Positions 1-12,599 of a stretch of DNA of 64,000 nt are shown in pieces (position 1 is the stretch's first letter; each line of letters begins with the position of its first letter). This DNA comes from Octopus vulgaris. Taxonomy: Eukaryota. The translations under genes and the position numbers were made by a program. The DNA lies in contig OX597829.1 of the NCBI GenBank assembly GCA_951406725.2, forward strand, positions 4,154,001-4,218,000, read 5' to 3'. The notes under the pieces are model-generated. The model was not told the DNA's origin and searched no databases. It was given only the letters and a program-made list of their open reading frames with translations.

Positions 1-600
1 GTTGTAAATCGTTTGGTGGTTTTCTTTTTCTGTTTTAAGTATTTCTCTTTTAATCATTTCAATCATTGATCTGTGGTCAAGGTACCGTCTTGAAGGGTTT
101 AATTAAACAAATTGACAAAACCTTTATATTTTCAAAGCCTAGTACTATACTGTCTAGTTGTTTGGAATACATATGGGATGTCAATTCAGAAGGACTGAGT
201 TCAAATCCTGATTTGAACATTGTTAGGGGAGTGGAATTAATTTTACCAAAGTGATTTGCTCAAAATTTTCTACTCAAAGACAACAACTTATGTTTCATAT
301 CCTGATCGAGTGACTACATAATAATGGTTTCTGGGATTTACCATTATTATAAAGACCCAATGAAGGAACTTCTTGGTCATACAACCTGCTAGATATAACA
401 GCTGCCAAATCTTCTCCAAACTACATCTTAGAGAATACAGTTGCTAATTGAATCATTGGTAGTTCTTGTCCCTTTTGTTGTTCCTTGTGTGTACCAAGTT
501 CTCTAAAAACCTGGAATTCACAGACTCTGTCTTGTTACAAAGACAAAGAAACTTTGATTAACTGAGAGGAGCTAACCAGAGTTTGTCTGGAACTAGGTAG

Positions 601-651
<51 letters not shown>

Positions 652-1934
652 ATAAATACATGTTGTGGTCTGAATTTAGAATCCTCTTCTGGGTCTCCAA
701 AACATCACTGTTTTATCTTCAGTTGTATCACAATAAGAAGACAGTCTTTTGGTGACTAAGACCAAACTGTGTTGTTTTTTTTTTCAACCCCTCATCAGTC
801 CTGATTTGACTCACATTTGATCAAATGTATTCCAACTGTGACCACCCTGTCTTTTGTTCAGAAATAGTGTATCTTAGACTACATTATTCAGTGTGTACTC
901 CTTTTCTAAGACAATATGATACAATACGACAGACTCAGCTGCTATTCTTAGTAGGCTCAGTGGCCATGTAAGAGGTTCTTCATTGAATTCGAAAAAAAAT
1001 ACGTTGTTTAATTAAATATACAACTTTGGAAACCATTGTTCCATTGAAAGTTTCTTACCCAAAGCCTGAGATATTTCTTTCCTCTTATGTCACACAAGCT
1101 GACTATTGTTTTTGGTTCTCAGCAGCAGACATAGTTTGTCTTCAAATTCCATTAAACATACTTGAAATTAATTTTTAAAAGAAAATGAATAATCCCTGAA
1201 TCGTATCTATACACATAAACTTTATTATAATATATTTATTATAAAACATTCTTCATTTAATACAGATAATGAATTATGCTGATGTGTCTGTTATCAAATT
1301 ATTGTAAATTTCTTCATTACATGAAATGGAATTTTTTTAATTTTTAGTGCAATGGTCTTAAAAAATAAAAAGGGGGGAGGAGAAGTGTTGGACTTTTTTT
1401 TACATTTTAATTTTTCCATGCCAAAGTCTCTTAATTATTTTTTTCATTTTCTCCACTAAACGAACTTTGTAATCCAATTTAAGATAATCCCATTAATTAA
1501 GAAACACTTTCCATGTCAACTCTTCCTTTCTTTTTTTAGTAGATTTTTTTAATATTTTTAAATTCTTTTAATCAGATTTGTAATTTCTATCATGTTGGCA
1601 ATTTATTTCCTCAGAGGAATTAAGAAAATATGTAATTACTGCATGATACAAATAAAATGTGTGTTTAATGCGTAAATTTGTATACACTTAAGTGTGTATA
1701 ACATGTGTATATATTTGTGTATGTCATTAGTTTCAATAATGAGTGTTCCACTTGTTTTATCAACTGGTCTGTGGTCAAGTAGTCTACAGGCACATGTACC
1801 TTTACCATAATCCTGAGACAGAATCAGCATAACACAGTGCATGACAAGAAACCCATTATATGGGTTTCCATAGTTTCTTTTTACCATCCAAGAAGCTTCC
1901 CTAGTTTCTTTTTACCATCCAAGAAGCTTCTCTA

Positions 1935-2315
1935 GGCAAAATGCTTAGCGGTATTTTGTCTGCCGTTACGTTCTGAGTTCAAATTCCACTGAGGTCGACT
2001 TTGCCTTTCACCCTTTTGGGGTCGATTAAATAAGTACCATTTACGCACTGGGGTTGATGTAATCGACTTAATCCGCTCGTCTGTCCTTATTTGTCCTCTC
2101 TGTGTTTAGCCCCTTGTGGGTAGTAAAGAAATAGGTATTTCGTCTACCATTACATTCTCAGTTCAAATTCCGCCGAGGTCGACTTTGCCTTTCATCCTTT
2201 TGGGGTTGATTAAATAAGTACCAGTTACGCACTGGGGTCGATGTAATCGACTTAATCTGTTTGTCCTTGTTTGTCCCCTCTGTGTTTAGCCCCTTGTGGG
2301 TAGTAAAGAAATAGG
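1935..2315 (+). mobile_element. SINE family B, tandem dimer of about 180-bp units
   Basis: Core gtcgactttgcctttcatcc...ggggtcgattaaataagtacca present twice. Related copies near 7428-7650, 15700-15930, 16170-16388, 35365-35602, 41490-41635, 57640-57866. Confidence 0.75.
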
Positions 2316-2910
2316 TTGACTGAAAGGATTGAAACCTTGTATGTATTGCTGATAGGAACTATGTTATTTCTTATGTTAGAGAACACCTTTCTCTTGTCTC
2401 AACCTTTCTACCAAAACCAGTTTTTAAAATTTTTCATAAGTAAACTTCTTCCAGGGACAAATGCTCACCAGTGTTTCATTCTTTCTCATATTCTTCTTCT
2501 TCTTTTTTTTTTTTGTCTTTCAGCCAGATTGCAACTATAGAACATGTTAGGGGTTAGGAAAGTAGTTAAAAGATGTTTTTCTTCAGAAATATGGCACCAG
2601 TGAATATAATAAACTTATCATTACTGATATTTCACTGATGCCTCTAGCATTATTCCTTTGCTCCCGCAACATCTTTTTCACTTCCTCAAAGAAGTGGTTT
2701 GTTAATTTCAGAGAATCCTTGGCCCTTGAGATTATCTCCCTTCTTCATTTGAAGTTGGTTGCAGTTGCCACAAGGCATTCGTTTATTCTTCTCTTGAAGG
2801 GCAGATAATTTCAAATCATCCAATATACTTTTGCTCAGCTTTATTGTCTATATTCATACTACTGGCCACTTCTTAAGCTTATTTCTCTTCAATTATTTTT
2901 TATCATTCCA

Positions 2911-2953
<43 letters not shown>

Positions 2954-2956
<3 letters not shown>

Positions 2957-3043
2957 AAATAAGCAACAAGTATATCCGAGGTAATGTGGTACGATCGTTT
3001 CATGCTACCACATTACCTCGGATATCCTTGTTACTTATTTTGA
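2954..3043. repeat. Inverted repeat, 38-bp arms and 14-nt loop
   Basis: tcaaaataagcaacaagtatatccgaggtaatgtggta ... taccacattacctcggatatccttgttacttattttga, 2 mismatches. Confidence 0.9.
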
Positions 3044-3547
3044 TTATAATCACCCCATGGATTTATATGGATAATACCATACAAAATTCTGGTGCATTTG
3101 ACTTAAATACCATATTCATCTGAATCTAAATTTTGCTGAACTATATATATAATATATAATATGATAATACATAGATGTTGTGCATTTAAATGGTACAGAA
3201 ATCCTACTTGTGTGTTGTTATTTAGTTTCACATCAGCATTGATCATGCAGACACATGATGAAGGGCTTTCCAACCATGACCCTCTCAACTTATCAGACAC
3301 ATTATCCAGTGTGTAATTTCTGTTTTTGAGTTAATAAGGTGTGGAATTTGATGACAATTTGGTTGCTGTTTTCTGCTGGTTGAATGATTGCATTGATATT
3401 CCATCATTGAGTCGTACACATACATATTGATATATATATATATATATATATGCATGCATGCATATATTGTAAAGATTTCACCTGAAAATTGATCACAAGT
3501 GTTATATCCTCAAACCATTAATTTCCTTACTTTTATCTTTTCTTCAG

Positions 3548-3725
3548 ACTCCCATGATGTTTAGCAGTGTACAAGACGATCTTTGCATGCTAATGAAATT
3601 CCTCTCCAACTCGCCAATCACACATGTGGCGGCCAACACTCATCCAATGGTTCCAACTCCAGCAGTAATCACAATTACCTGCAACCATAACTTTGCTGTC
3701 AACAAGTGGAATCCAAATTACCAGC
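3548..3725 (+). CDS. NBEA: Neurobeachin/LRBA-like BEACH-WD40 protein, internal exon (first seen in window; upstream exons lie outside)
   Basis: ttcag| acceptor, reads TPMMFSSVQDDLCMLMKFLSNSPITHVAANTHPMVPTPAVITITCNHNFAVNKWNPNYQ, then C|gtaag donor. Resembles the post-BEACH KFPSNSPVTHVAANT motif of neurobeachin/LRBA as I recall it. Confidence 0.93.
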
Positions 3726-4505
3726 GTAAGAACAGTCTTTTTTTTTTGTGTTTTTTTATATTATTGTTATCATAAAGTGTGTATGTGTTTTGTGTCTATT
3801 TGACTGAATCGGTAGAGCATCAAGGAAAGAAAACTCCTTGAGCTATATTCTTTTATTTTTGTTATTCTTCTTCTTACTTCAGTCATTAGCTTGCGGCCAT
3901 GCTGGGGCACCATGTTGAAGAACTTTACTTGAGTGAATCAACCCAGTGCTTAGTTTTATTTACTTATTTAATTATTTGTAAGCATTTCTGTCTACCAAAT
4001 GCACTGATAAAGCTTTGGTTATCCCAAAGCTATAGTATAGGACACTTGCCCAAAGTGCCACACAATGGGACTGAACCCAGAACCATGTGGTTGGAAAACA
4101 AGCCTTTTTACCACACAACCATGCCTGCCCCTATATGGTTATACTTTGATATTTAAATGCCACCCATGTTCCTTTACCTTTCGTATTTCCAATGACAATG
4201 ATGCACCAATCAATAAAATAAGTACTGGAGTCTATACAATTGATTACAGTTTAGCCACAGTGTCTCCAGTAGAGGCACATTTGATCCCAAAGGTAGGTTG
4301 AAGGAAGAGGTCTCCCTTATATGTTCCAGATTTTGTCATGGTTTCTGTGGCTACCCTTTTAGAACCAACTATTTTACAGAATGCACTTGATTTATTTTCA
4401 TTTTTAATGCATTTCATTTTATTTTTGTTAATTTTTCTGTTATTTTTTTTTGTTATTTCATCATTAAGTGTTTGTTAATGTTGGATATTTTTGTTATCAC
4501 TTTAG

Positions 4506-4586
4506 AGCAAGGAACACCTACAAGTTTCTCTTCTGACAAACATGAAAAAGATGCTGAACTACCAGTTCTCATGGATCATCTGTTTG
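4506..4586 (+). CDS. NBEA: Neurobeachin-like exon (81 nt, phase 1-1)
   Basis: tttag| (Q)QGTPTSFSSDKHEKDAELPVLMDHLF G|gtaag. Keeps frame between flanking exons; LPVLMD resembles the LPIEMD motif of NBEA. Confidence 0.85.
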
Positions 4587-4616
4587 GTAAGGTCAACTTC
4601 TTAACTCTTTAAACAT

Positions 4617-5105
4617 TTGGTGGTACCCACAATGGTCTGGTGACAGACACCATGATTTGGTGACGCCCACTGCAGTTTGATAACACCTGCAATGGTCTGG
4701 TGACAGCCATATTCATTTGGTGACACCCACTATGGTTTGGCAACATCCCCTATGGTCTGGTGAGGCCCATTACAGTTTGGTAACACCTACAATGGTTTGA
4801 TGACGCCCACTATGATCTGGTAACACCCAAAATTGTTTGGCGATGACCACTATGGTTTGGTGACACCCACTGTAGTTTGGTGACACCCATAATGGGCTGG
4901 TAATGCCCACAATGGCCTGGTGATGCCCACTATAGTTTTGCAATATCCACAATGTTTCAGTGATGTCCCAATAGTTCATTACCACCCACCATCATCTGGT
5001 GACACCGCATATAGTTCAGTGACACCCATTATAGTTTGGCTACATCAACAATAGTTCATTGACACCCATAATGACTTAGTGATACTCATTAGAGTTTGAT
5101 GACCC
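4617..5105. repeat. Degenerate minisatellite, 20-bp period
   Basis: About 24 units resembling tggtgacacccactatggtt. Confidence 0.9.
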
Positions 5106-5613
5106 TGATTCCAACTTAATCAGATCTAATGATATGCATAAGATCTGGTCATCAAATCTAAGTAGAGATTTCAAGCTTAAAATCTTCAAAGCCACAGTCG
5201 AACCAATTCTACTATATGGCTCAGAAACCTGGATGTTATCAAAGAAGCTTGAGAGGCGGTTGGATGGAATTTACACTCGCCTCCTTATGAGAGCTCAAAA
5301 TCTCTCGTGGAAGCATCATCCAACCAAAGTACAAATATATGGGAAACTACCACCTGTATCATCTCTTGTGAAAAGTAGAAGAGTCCAGTTTGCTGGACAT
5401 TGTTGTAGAGCTGAAAACGAGGTAATTTCTACTCTTCTCCTCTGGAAGCCATCTGCTCACGATACCAGAGGGCGCACACTCTGCTACCCTGATGTAATCT
5501 CCAGGGATACAGGCATCCAGCAACAGGACCTCCGTAATGCTATGATGGACCGTGAAGTCTGGCGTAACATAGCAAATTCTATTGTCTCGACCACGTTCGA
5601 ACAATGATGATGA
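5106..5613 (+). mobile_element. 5'-truncated RTE-like LINE, 3' end
   Basis: ORF 5134-5607 (IFKATVEPILLYGSETW...RRVQFAGH) ends in a (TGA)n tail. Confidence 0.85.
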
Positions 5614-5874
5614 CGTTGTTGTCAACGTAAAAAATTATTCATTTTTTAAAATCAAGATTGTCAAAAGACTGAACTGAACTCCTTCGTATTTAGCTCCTAC
5701 CTTAGTCTTTGATCTCAAGAAATCTACTTTAGTCACAGAATTACTATGATTAAGGATTTGAGGAGTGAAGATTATTGGGTGCAATCCATCACTTGGAACA
5801 CTGGCAGTGTTTATAGAATTCTGTTATTCTAAAATAACCTGTTGTCACTAATAATAATAATAATAATAGTTGCT

Positions 5875-5905
<31 letters not shown>

Positions 5906-6609
5906 CAGTAGCAGCAGCAGCAGTAACCGTAGTAGTAGTAGTAGCAGCAGCAGTAGTATGCTGGAATTGCTGTTCTAGAAATTTTCCCCTCATCTCACTC
6001 TGCACCTGTAGATTATGCATAATTAGAGCCAAGAGAAGGGACTTAACTCTTGGGCGTCATGATAATTGACTAATCCCATTCCCTTATCAAAAATCTTGAT
6101 TATTATTATTGAGTGAGAGAGCAGTGCATGTCATCAAAATGACACTGGGGTAAAATATACGAAGCCCAGTATACCCATCATGACTACCCGTCTGATAAGG
6201 GTACACTAGGCACATGTATCATAACCATATATGCACGACATAGTGATCTCATATCAAGATAAACACTGTATGACCTTGCAGGTGGGGCCCAGTTAGGACT
6301 TTTACAGGTCGAGAATTTTGTTCATCCCACTGAAAAGGCTCCTGAATAAGGTTTGTTTCAAGATGATGAACAAAACACCCATGTTTCCAGAGGTGAATTA
6401 TCCAAACCTCTACTTCTGCTCGTGATCAGAGATGCACATATCGTCAGCCACTAAGGGACATGCTCAGCTGGTTAAGGTCAAACAACCTACAAGCAAATCT
6501 GTGGTATTGAGCAGAATATTTGCTGTGGCCCATCTTTTATACTAAGACAAAACAATGTACATGATAACACCTCTTATCATTTGAGAAGCCATGATAATGG
6601 ATAATTTCC

Positions 6610-7337
6610 AAAGGTCGCTTACCTGGCAGTGCTACTGAGGGGCGCTGCCTGTTCAAGATAAACTTTACCGGCACGGAAGTGCCGTCAGCTGGGTGTGCCC
6701 AGGATGACGAAACCATTCTACACGCACTCGTCCAGTGCCCGAGTATTGCTGACCTGTGGGTTTATGTCGAACAGCTATTGTCGCGTATAGGATGAAGATT
6801 GCCCCGCCGACCTCCTTTAACCGGGAGGGCAAGGCAATTTTCCTCTGTCTAGTGGCTGTAGCGAAAGAGGTGGTATGGTGGACCCATTTGAAAGGGCTAA
6901 AGTCAGATGCTTTCCTCTTTGGCCAAGGCCTCATCAACTTTTTCAAGTTTCACTTGAAAAGGAAGATGAGAATAGAGAGGGAAGTGCTATCTCGTAGCAA
7001 ATTCATTGAAAGGTGGGTGAATGTTGCAAGAATGGCCAGTATGAACGGACCAATTCTGAGGATACACCTGTGAAAAAAGGTAATATAAAAGGAGAAAAGG
7101 GCTCTCTACCCCCTTTTTGACCAGGCTCCCGTGGTTTTTATGGGTTTTTCCATGAGTAACCTTTTCGAAGCACCTCCCCCTATTGGGAGCTTTACTTTGT
7201 TATATATTTTCGTTGTTATCTTGCATTTTTACACAGACTTTTCAAACGGACAAAACCCTTTTTGTAACTTTCATCCTGTATTTTGTCCTTAAATGTTTTA
7301 TTTGATTTTTGTTAGCCCTTGTGGCCAATAAACGAGA

Positions 7338-7370
<33 letters not shown>
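6610..7370 (+). mobile_element. L1/Tx1-clade LINE 3' fragment
   Basis: Zn-knuckle remnant DETILHALVQCP, ORF2 C-terminus ORF 6756-7073, 3'UTR, AATAAA near 7326 and (ATT)n tail. A related RT fragment lies at about 41280-41400. Confidence 0.75.
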
Positions 7371-7417
<47 letters not shown>

Positions 7418-8080
7418 TGATGATGATGTGAGCTAGTAGAATTGTTGGCATGCCAGGCAGAATGCTTAGGAGCATTTTGTCTGTCTTCATGTTCTGAGCA
7501 CAATTTCTGCTGAGGTTGATTTTGTCTTTCATCCTTTTGAGGTCGATAAATTAAGTATCAATGAACACTGGGGTCAGTGTAATTGACTAGTCCCTTCTCC
7601 CCCAAATTTCAGGCCTTGTGCCTTTAGAAGACAGGATTATTATTATTATTATTTCCATATCACCAGCAATATATATATACACCTGGCACTTTAAATTATA
7701 TTCAATCCTACAAAAAGATCTTCAATGTGCTCACTGGCCCTGCTAGAAATAGTTCCCAAGTCTCCTCTTGTTTACCTACCACCTTAAAATATGGGATAAA
7801 TTAGATAATTTCACTCAGATATACTTGGGCTGAAAGTAAAAGATGAAGGTCAAGGCTGTAAGGCCTTTGAACATACATCTACTTGTCCAGGGATGGCCTA
7901 AACAACAACTATTTTAAGTTATAACACTGAATAACTATCAGGTCCTATATAGACTGTAAATTACCATATGATAGTAATAATATAATAGTCTTAAAGTAAT
8001 CGTGACTTATGTTATTAATTAGCCTGATTTGTTTTGAGTTTGTGTTTTTTGTTTCATATGAATATTGTTTTGTTTTGTAG

Positions 8081-8236
8081 CTCAGAATACTGGTTTACAT
8101 CGAAGGACGCTCGGGGATAACTTTGATCAACGGCTCAAAGTCACTCACTCAAGTTTTGTCACTACAGCGGATAACAGGTTCATTTTTGCTTGCGGATTTT
8201 GGGATAAAAGTTTCCGCATCTTTGCCACTGATTATG
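8081..8236 (+). CDS. NBEA: Neurobeachin-like exon (156 nt), first WD40 repeat
   Basis: ttgtag| (A)[52 protein letters not shown]|gtaat. CGFWDKSFR is a hallmark of the family. Confidence 0.95.
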
Positions 8237-9210
8237 GTAATTTTTCTCAATGATTTTATTATCTTTTATCTTTTACCTTTTTCCAGTCATTTGACTGCAG
8301 CCATGCTGGAGCACCAAATTAAAGGGTTTTAGTGACTTATTTTTTTAAAGCCTGGTACTTGTTCTATCATCTCTTTTGCCAGTTGCTAGGTTACAGGGAC
8401 GTAAACACACCAACACTAGTTGTCAAGTGATGGTGTGGTGGAGACAGACACAAAGATATGCACACACACAAACACACACACACACACACACACACAGAGA
8501 AACACACACACACACTTACATACATATACACAATGGGTTTATTTCAGTTTCCATCTACCGATGTTGATGTTAGGACGAATGGTGGCGACAGGGAAGGAGG
8601 TTTTCGAATGCTGTTGGACAAAGTCGATGAGTCTCTATGTGGCTGCTGTTGTGTTGTCACTGGAACTGGCTGTGTCCTGTGTGGTCAGTGGCTAGACCTT
8701 AAAAGGTCTGGGACCAATGAGCCCAAGATGCGGAGAAGCTGGAGTTTTTATAGGGAGCAGTCAGGGTTTAGAACAGACTGTCTCATATGACCTTATTTGA
8801 AGGCTGCAACTGGTGGGGTTGCATTTTTGCATGCAATAGAGCAAGAAACAAATTGCGCCAATACAAACCAATCAGAGTAGTGGACTCAACAGGGTCTAAA
8901 AGTGTGGCCAAAGGCTAGCTGTTATCTACTACATCCGTATTTATGTATATATAACAGAGAGGAGAGGAATTTCCCTCAAGCATACGCTACACATTGTTAT
9001 CTTGTTTGGTATATCCATCTTGTGTTGATATTTTATCTTATTATATTGTGTTTAACCCCATTAATTGTATTAACTTTATCCTTCTGTAAAACCCTGCAAA
9101 ACTTAATGATCAGTTTACTTCTTCAAATGTAATAATGAAATAGATTTTAATGTATTTAGTAAAATATCTTAAAATAATAACTGCCTTATTTTTTAAGTAG
9201 GGAAGATTCT

Positions 9211-9614
9211 TATACTCTCTCTTTACTCTTTTACTTGTTTCAGTCATTTGACTGCGGCCATGCTGGAGCACCGCCTTTAGTCGAGCAAATCGACCCCGGG
9301 ACTTATTCTTTGTAAGCCCAGTACTTATTCTATCGGTCTCTTTTGCCGAACCGCTAAGTGACGGGGACGTAAACACACCAGCATCGGTTGTCAAGCAATG
9401 CTAAGGGGACAAACACAGACCCACACACACATACACATATATATATATACGACAGGCTTCTTTCAGTTTCCGTCTACCAAATCCACTCACAAGGCTTTGG
9501 TCGGCCCAGGGCTATAGCAGAAGACACTTGCCCAAGATGCCACGCAGTGGGACTGAACCCGGAACCATGTGGTTGGTTAGCAAGCTACTTACCACACAGC
9601 ACTCCTGCGCCTAT
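9211..9614 (-). mobile_element. SINE family A (about 400 bp), near-complete copy
   Basis: Near-identical to 35957-36360(+), 39690-40087(-) and 42400-42800(-). Older copies at 3880-4130, 8270-8560, 19025-19400, 38025-38460, 52340-52530. tRNA-like head with B-box-like ggttcagtccc. Confidence 0.85.
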
Positions 9615-9937
9615 GTCTTCAATTTTTTCAAATGGTGTTGTAACATTACAAAAATTGCTGATATTTAAGGAAATTCTGGCATTACACAGTAAATACTTTG
9701 TGTGTGTGTGAACAATCAGGGCACTGAATCCATGATGTAGAATTTATTTTTATTATTTTGGGTAACATTTCGTTATTTATTCAATCAATACTTAGGCATT
9801 CACATATGTACACAAGATATAAGCATGCATTATCTTCCGGATGATAAATGTGAAAACTGTGATATCCTTAGGGCATTTGTAAGGTTGGTCATCATTGGTT
9901 AATGCTGATCACATGATCATATATATTGCAGATTTAA

Positions 9938-10158
9938 CCCTTTCGTTACCAACCCGGTTGAAACCGGCTCTGGTTCTGTAATACAAATCTCTTGTTTTCA
10001 TAAGTTTTGAATTAAAATCTTCCACCAAACCTTAGTCACAATTTATGTTCCTAACAGTAGCTTAATGATAACTAAGTTATTTTACTAAATTCTTTGTTAT
10101 ATTTAAAATAATTGAAAGAAACACAGAGCATCTCAAAATAAATACAGTAACGAAAGGG
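9938..10158. mobile_element. piggyBac-type MITE
   Basis: TTAA|CCCTTTCGTTAC ... GTAACGAAAGGG|TTAA. Confidence 0.9.
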
Positions 10159-10189
10159 TTAAGGATTGTGGTGATACTATTTTTGTGTT

Positions 10190-11420
10190 CCTGCAGTGTA
10201 GGGGGAGACAACTCCATTCAGTTTATTGTCATCAAGGGAAATTCTCCATTAGCCTGGTTAGAAGTTGATAATATTGATTTTTATGAACTGAGGCTTTCAA
10301 GCAGCTTGAAATTTTCAAAGAAGAACCTTCTTCAATAACAGCAGCTGGATAATTGTCATCTCCTCTTAAGAACTGTCTCAGTTTGTTTCAGGATCTTCCT
10401 GTTTTTTGCCAAAGAGCTATGTAGTTGCACATTATCAGAGTGAATGTTTTGGATAGTTTCCATATCCTTATTTGGTCCCTTGTTTGTAATGGCCTCTCTT
10501 AGCTTTTAGAGTGACTCAATAATGTACAGATTGTTGTTCACACTACAGCCACATTCCAGAAAATCTCAAAGAGAATGATGCCCTTGTCATTTCAGACAGC
10601 AGTCCCCCACCAATTTCTGTGCCAGTTACAGCAGGTTCTTGAACTTTAGCTCTTGGAAAAGAAGTGTGATGCCATTCCGTGGGCTGAGCATTTGTTTTTA
10701 GATCATAAAGATCTGCATCTTCATTTCACATTTCTGTTGGTTTCAAATGCTTCCAGCTGATCAGGGCACCCACCTCTCTTACAAATCAGGTGTCATCTGC
10801 TGAGCTACTCACTTTATACACATTTTCTGATACCCAAAGTCTTCCTCCTTACTTCTGTAATGCATTGTGTTTGCCATCCAGTTGTGCAGCAAACTTACTG
10901 ATTAGGGTTTGTCTGTCAATGTGAATCACTTTATCCTCTTACTGGCGATTCATGTCAGCATTCACAGTTAATGGTCTTCGGTTCCACAAGATTTGGCTTC
11001 AATACTGGTTTCCTATTCTTCAAACTTCTTCATTCATCTGTGCACATTGTTCTTGTCAGTTGCATCATCTCTGTAAACAACCTGTAGCACACCTGTGGAT
11101 ATTGGATAGCCAATTCCCTTTCTTCGTTAACGACTCTATAACGACGTGCCGTTTCTGCTTAGAACCCACTGTTTTGCCTACAATAAAGAACAGGAAGAAG
11201 GGTTATTGTAGCGGAAGAGTTACTCTACAAAAATGTGTGAATTGAACGACATATGTCTGTTGTAAAAAAGTTTGTATTACTTTCGATATAACCTTCGTTT
11301 GTGTGTGTGTATAGTTTAACCTTACTTCCGTATTAATTAAATCCTTTATAATTTATTCTGGATTAATTATTATTAATTACTCTTTATTCTTAATGCATTT
11401 AATATATACTAGCTGTGTTA
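10190..11420 (-). mobile_element. Highly decayed Tc1/IS630-like transposon remnant
   Basis: Minus strand has broken transposase-like coding texture (e.g. SIEAKSCG..RPLTVNAE). Termini not resolved. Confidence 0.35.
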
Positions 11421-11550
11421 TGTCTACTCACACACACACACGTCTATTAAAAGAACCAGAACAACAATGCTACTTTCTGGACTGCCTTCCTTTATCGTAT
11501 CTGGTTCTTCTATTCATGTTGCCATTCTTTTAACATTTCTGTTTTTACAG

Positions 11551-11718
11551 CAAGAATAGTTCAAGTCATATATGGTCACTTTGACATAGTCACTTGCATC
11601 ACTAAGTCAGAGAATAATACCAATTATGACTGTTACATTGTTACCGGTTCCAAAGACTGCACTGTGATGGTCTGGCAGTTCAATGCTCGCAACCAAGCAA
11701 TAATTGGAGATATTGGAA
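11551..11718 (+). CDS. NBEA: Neurobeachin-like exon (168 nt), WD40
   Basis: ttacag| (A)RIVQVIYGHFDIVTCITKSENNTNYDCYIVTGSKDCTVMVWQFNARNQAIIGDIG A|gtaagt. GH...GSKD..VW WD40 signature. Confidence 0.95.
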
Positions 11719-11756
11719 GTAAGTACTTATTTTTAATGATATATATCATACAGTGA

Positions 11757-12112
11757 TATCAAAATCAAAATCAAAATCGATCAAAAATCAATGGAAATTG
11801 CAGCTGTGATACCAGTGCCGGTGGCACGTAAGAGAAACATCCGAACGTGGCCGTTGCCAGCGCCACCCCGACTGGCCTCCGTGCCAGTGGCACGTAAAAA
11901 GCACCATCTGATCGTGGCTGTTTGCCAGCCTCGTCTGGCACGTAAAAAGCACCCGCTTCACTCACGGAGTGGTTGGTGCTAGGAAGGGCATCCAGCTGTA
12001 GAAACATTGCCAGATCAGACTGGGCCTGGTGCAGCCTCCTGGTTTCCCAGACCCCGGTCGAACCGTCCAACCCATGCTAGCATGGAAAGCGGATGCTAAA
12101 TGATGATGATGG
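11757..12112 (+). mobile_element. SINE family C with RTE-like (TGA)n tail
   Basis: Internal gtgccggtggcacgtaaaaagcacc repeats, then ttaggaagggcatccagctgtagaaac...gcatggaaagcgga and (tga)n. Copies at 19675-19935, 22605-22860, 22915-23417, 36645-37290(-), 50825-51195, 60650-60850. Confidence 0.8.
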
Positions 12113-12599
12113 TGGTGGTGGTGGCGGCAGCAGCGGTGGTAGTGGTGGTTGAGCTACAGACAACAGGTACAGATCCTGTTTTCTGGTTCCTTTCAAAGCC
12201 AAAGGAGGAATGACTTGTTAGAAATAGCAGGCAATTTCTCTCAAATTACAATCAACCATCTGAAGAAAATGCACTTTGAACAGTATAGCCCCTGGTATAG
12301 AGAAAGACTTAAATGGTTACAGGAATGGTTTTGATTACAAGTCTGTTGGATCAAATTAACCTGGGGCTAAACAGCAACACCAGCTGTTACTTCTAAATTA
12401 TACATTGTACAATGTATGTCTGAATAAAAGATGGGGTGGGCACAACTGGAACAAGTATCTTTTTTTCCATGAATTTACTCAAGTTGGATTGATCTGGGGT
12501 TTACACATCAATAGCAGGTTGTTTTTTAATGTTTGATCACTGTAATTGTCAACCCTGTTTCTTTGTTTGATTTTGTTTTTCTTTCTTACTTGCTGGGTC

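Noticed and set aside
1-3547. Additional neurobeachin (BEACH domain) exons
   Set aside because: No splice-bounded frame with BEACH motifs found; a microexon cannot be excluded.
7339-7426. (ATT)n(AAT)n palindromic microsatellite (mirror form at 16390-16515) as a functional hairpin
   Set aside because: Explained by a retroelement tail and slippage, and common in this window.
8562-8933. Solo LTR (TGT...ACA)
   Set aside because: No TSD found and no second copy in the window.
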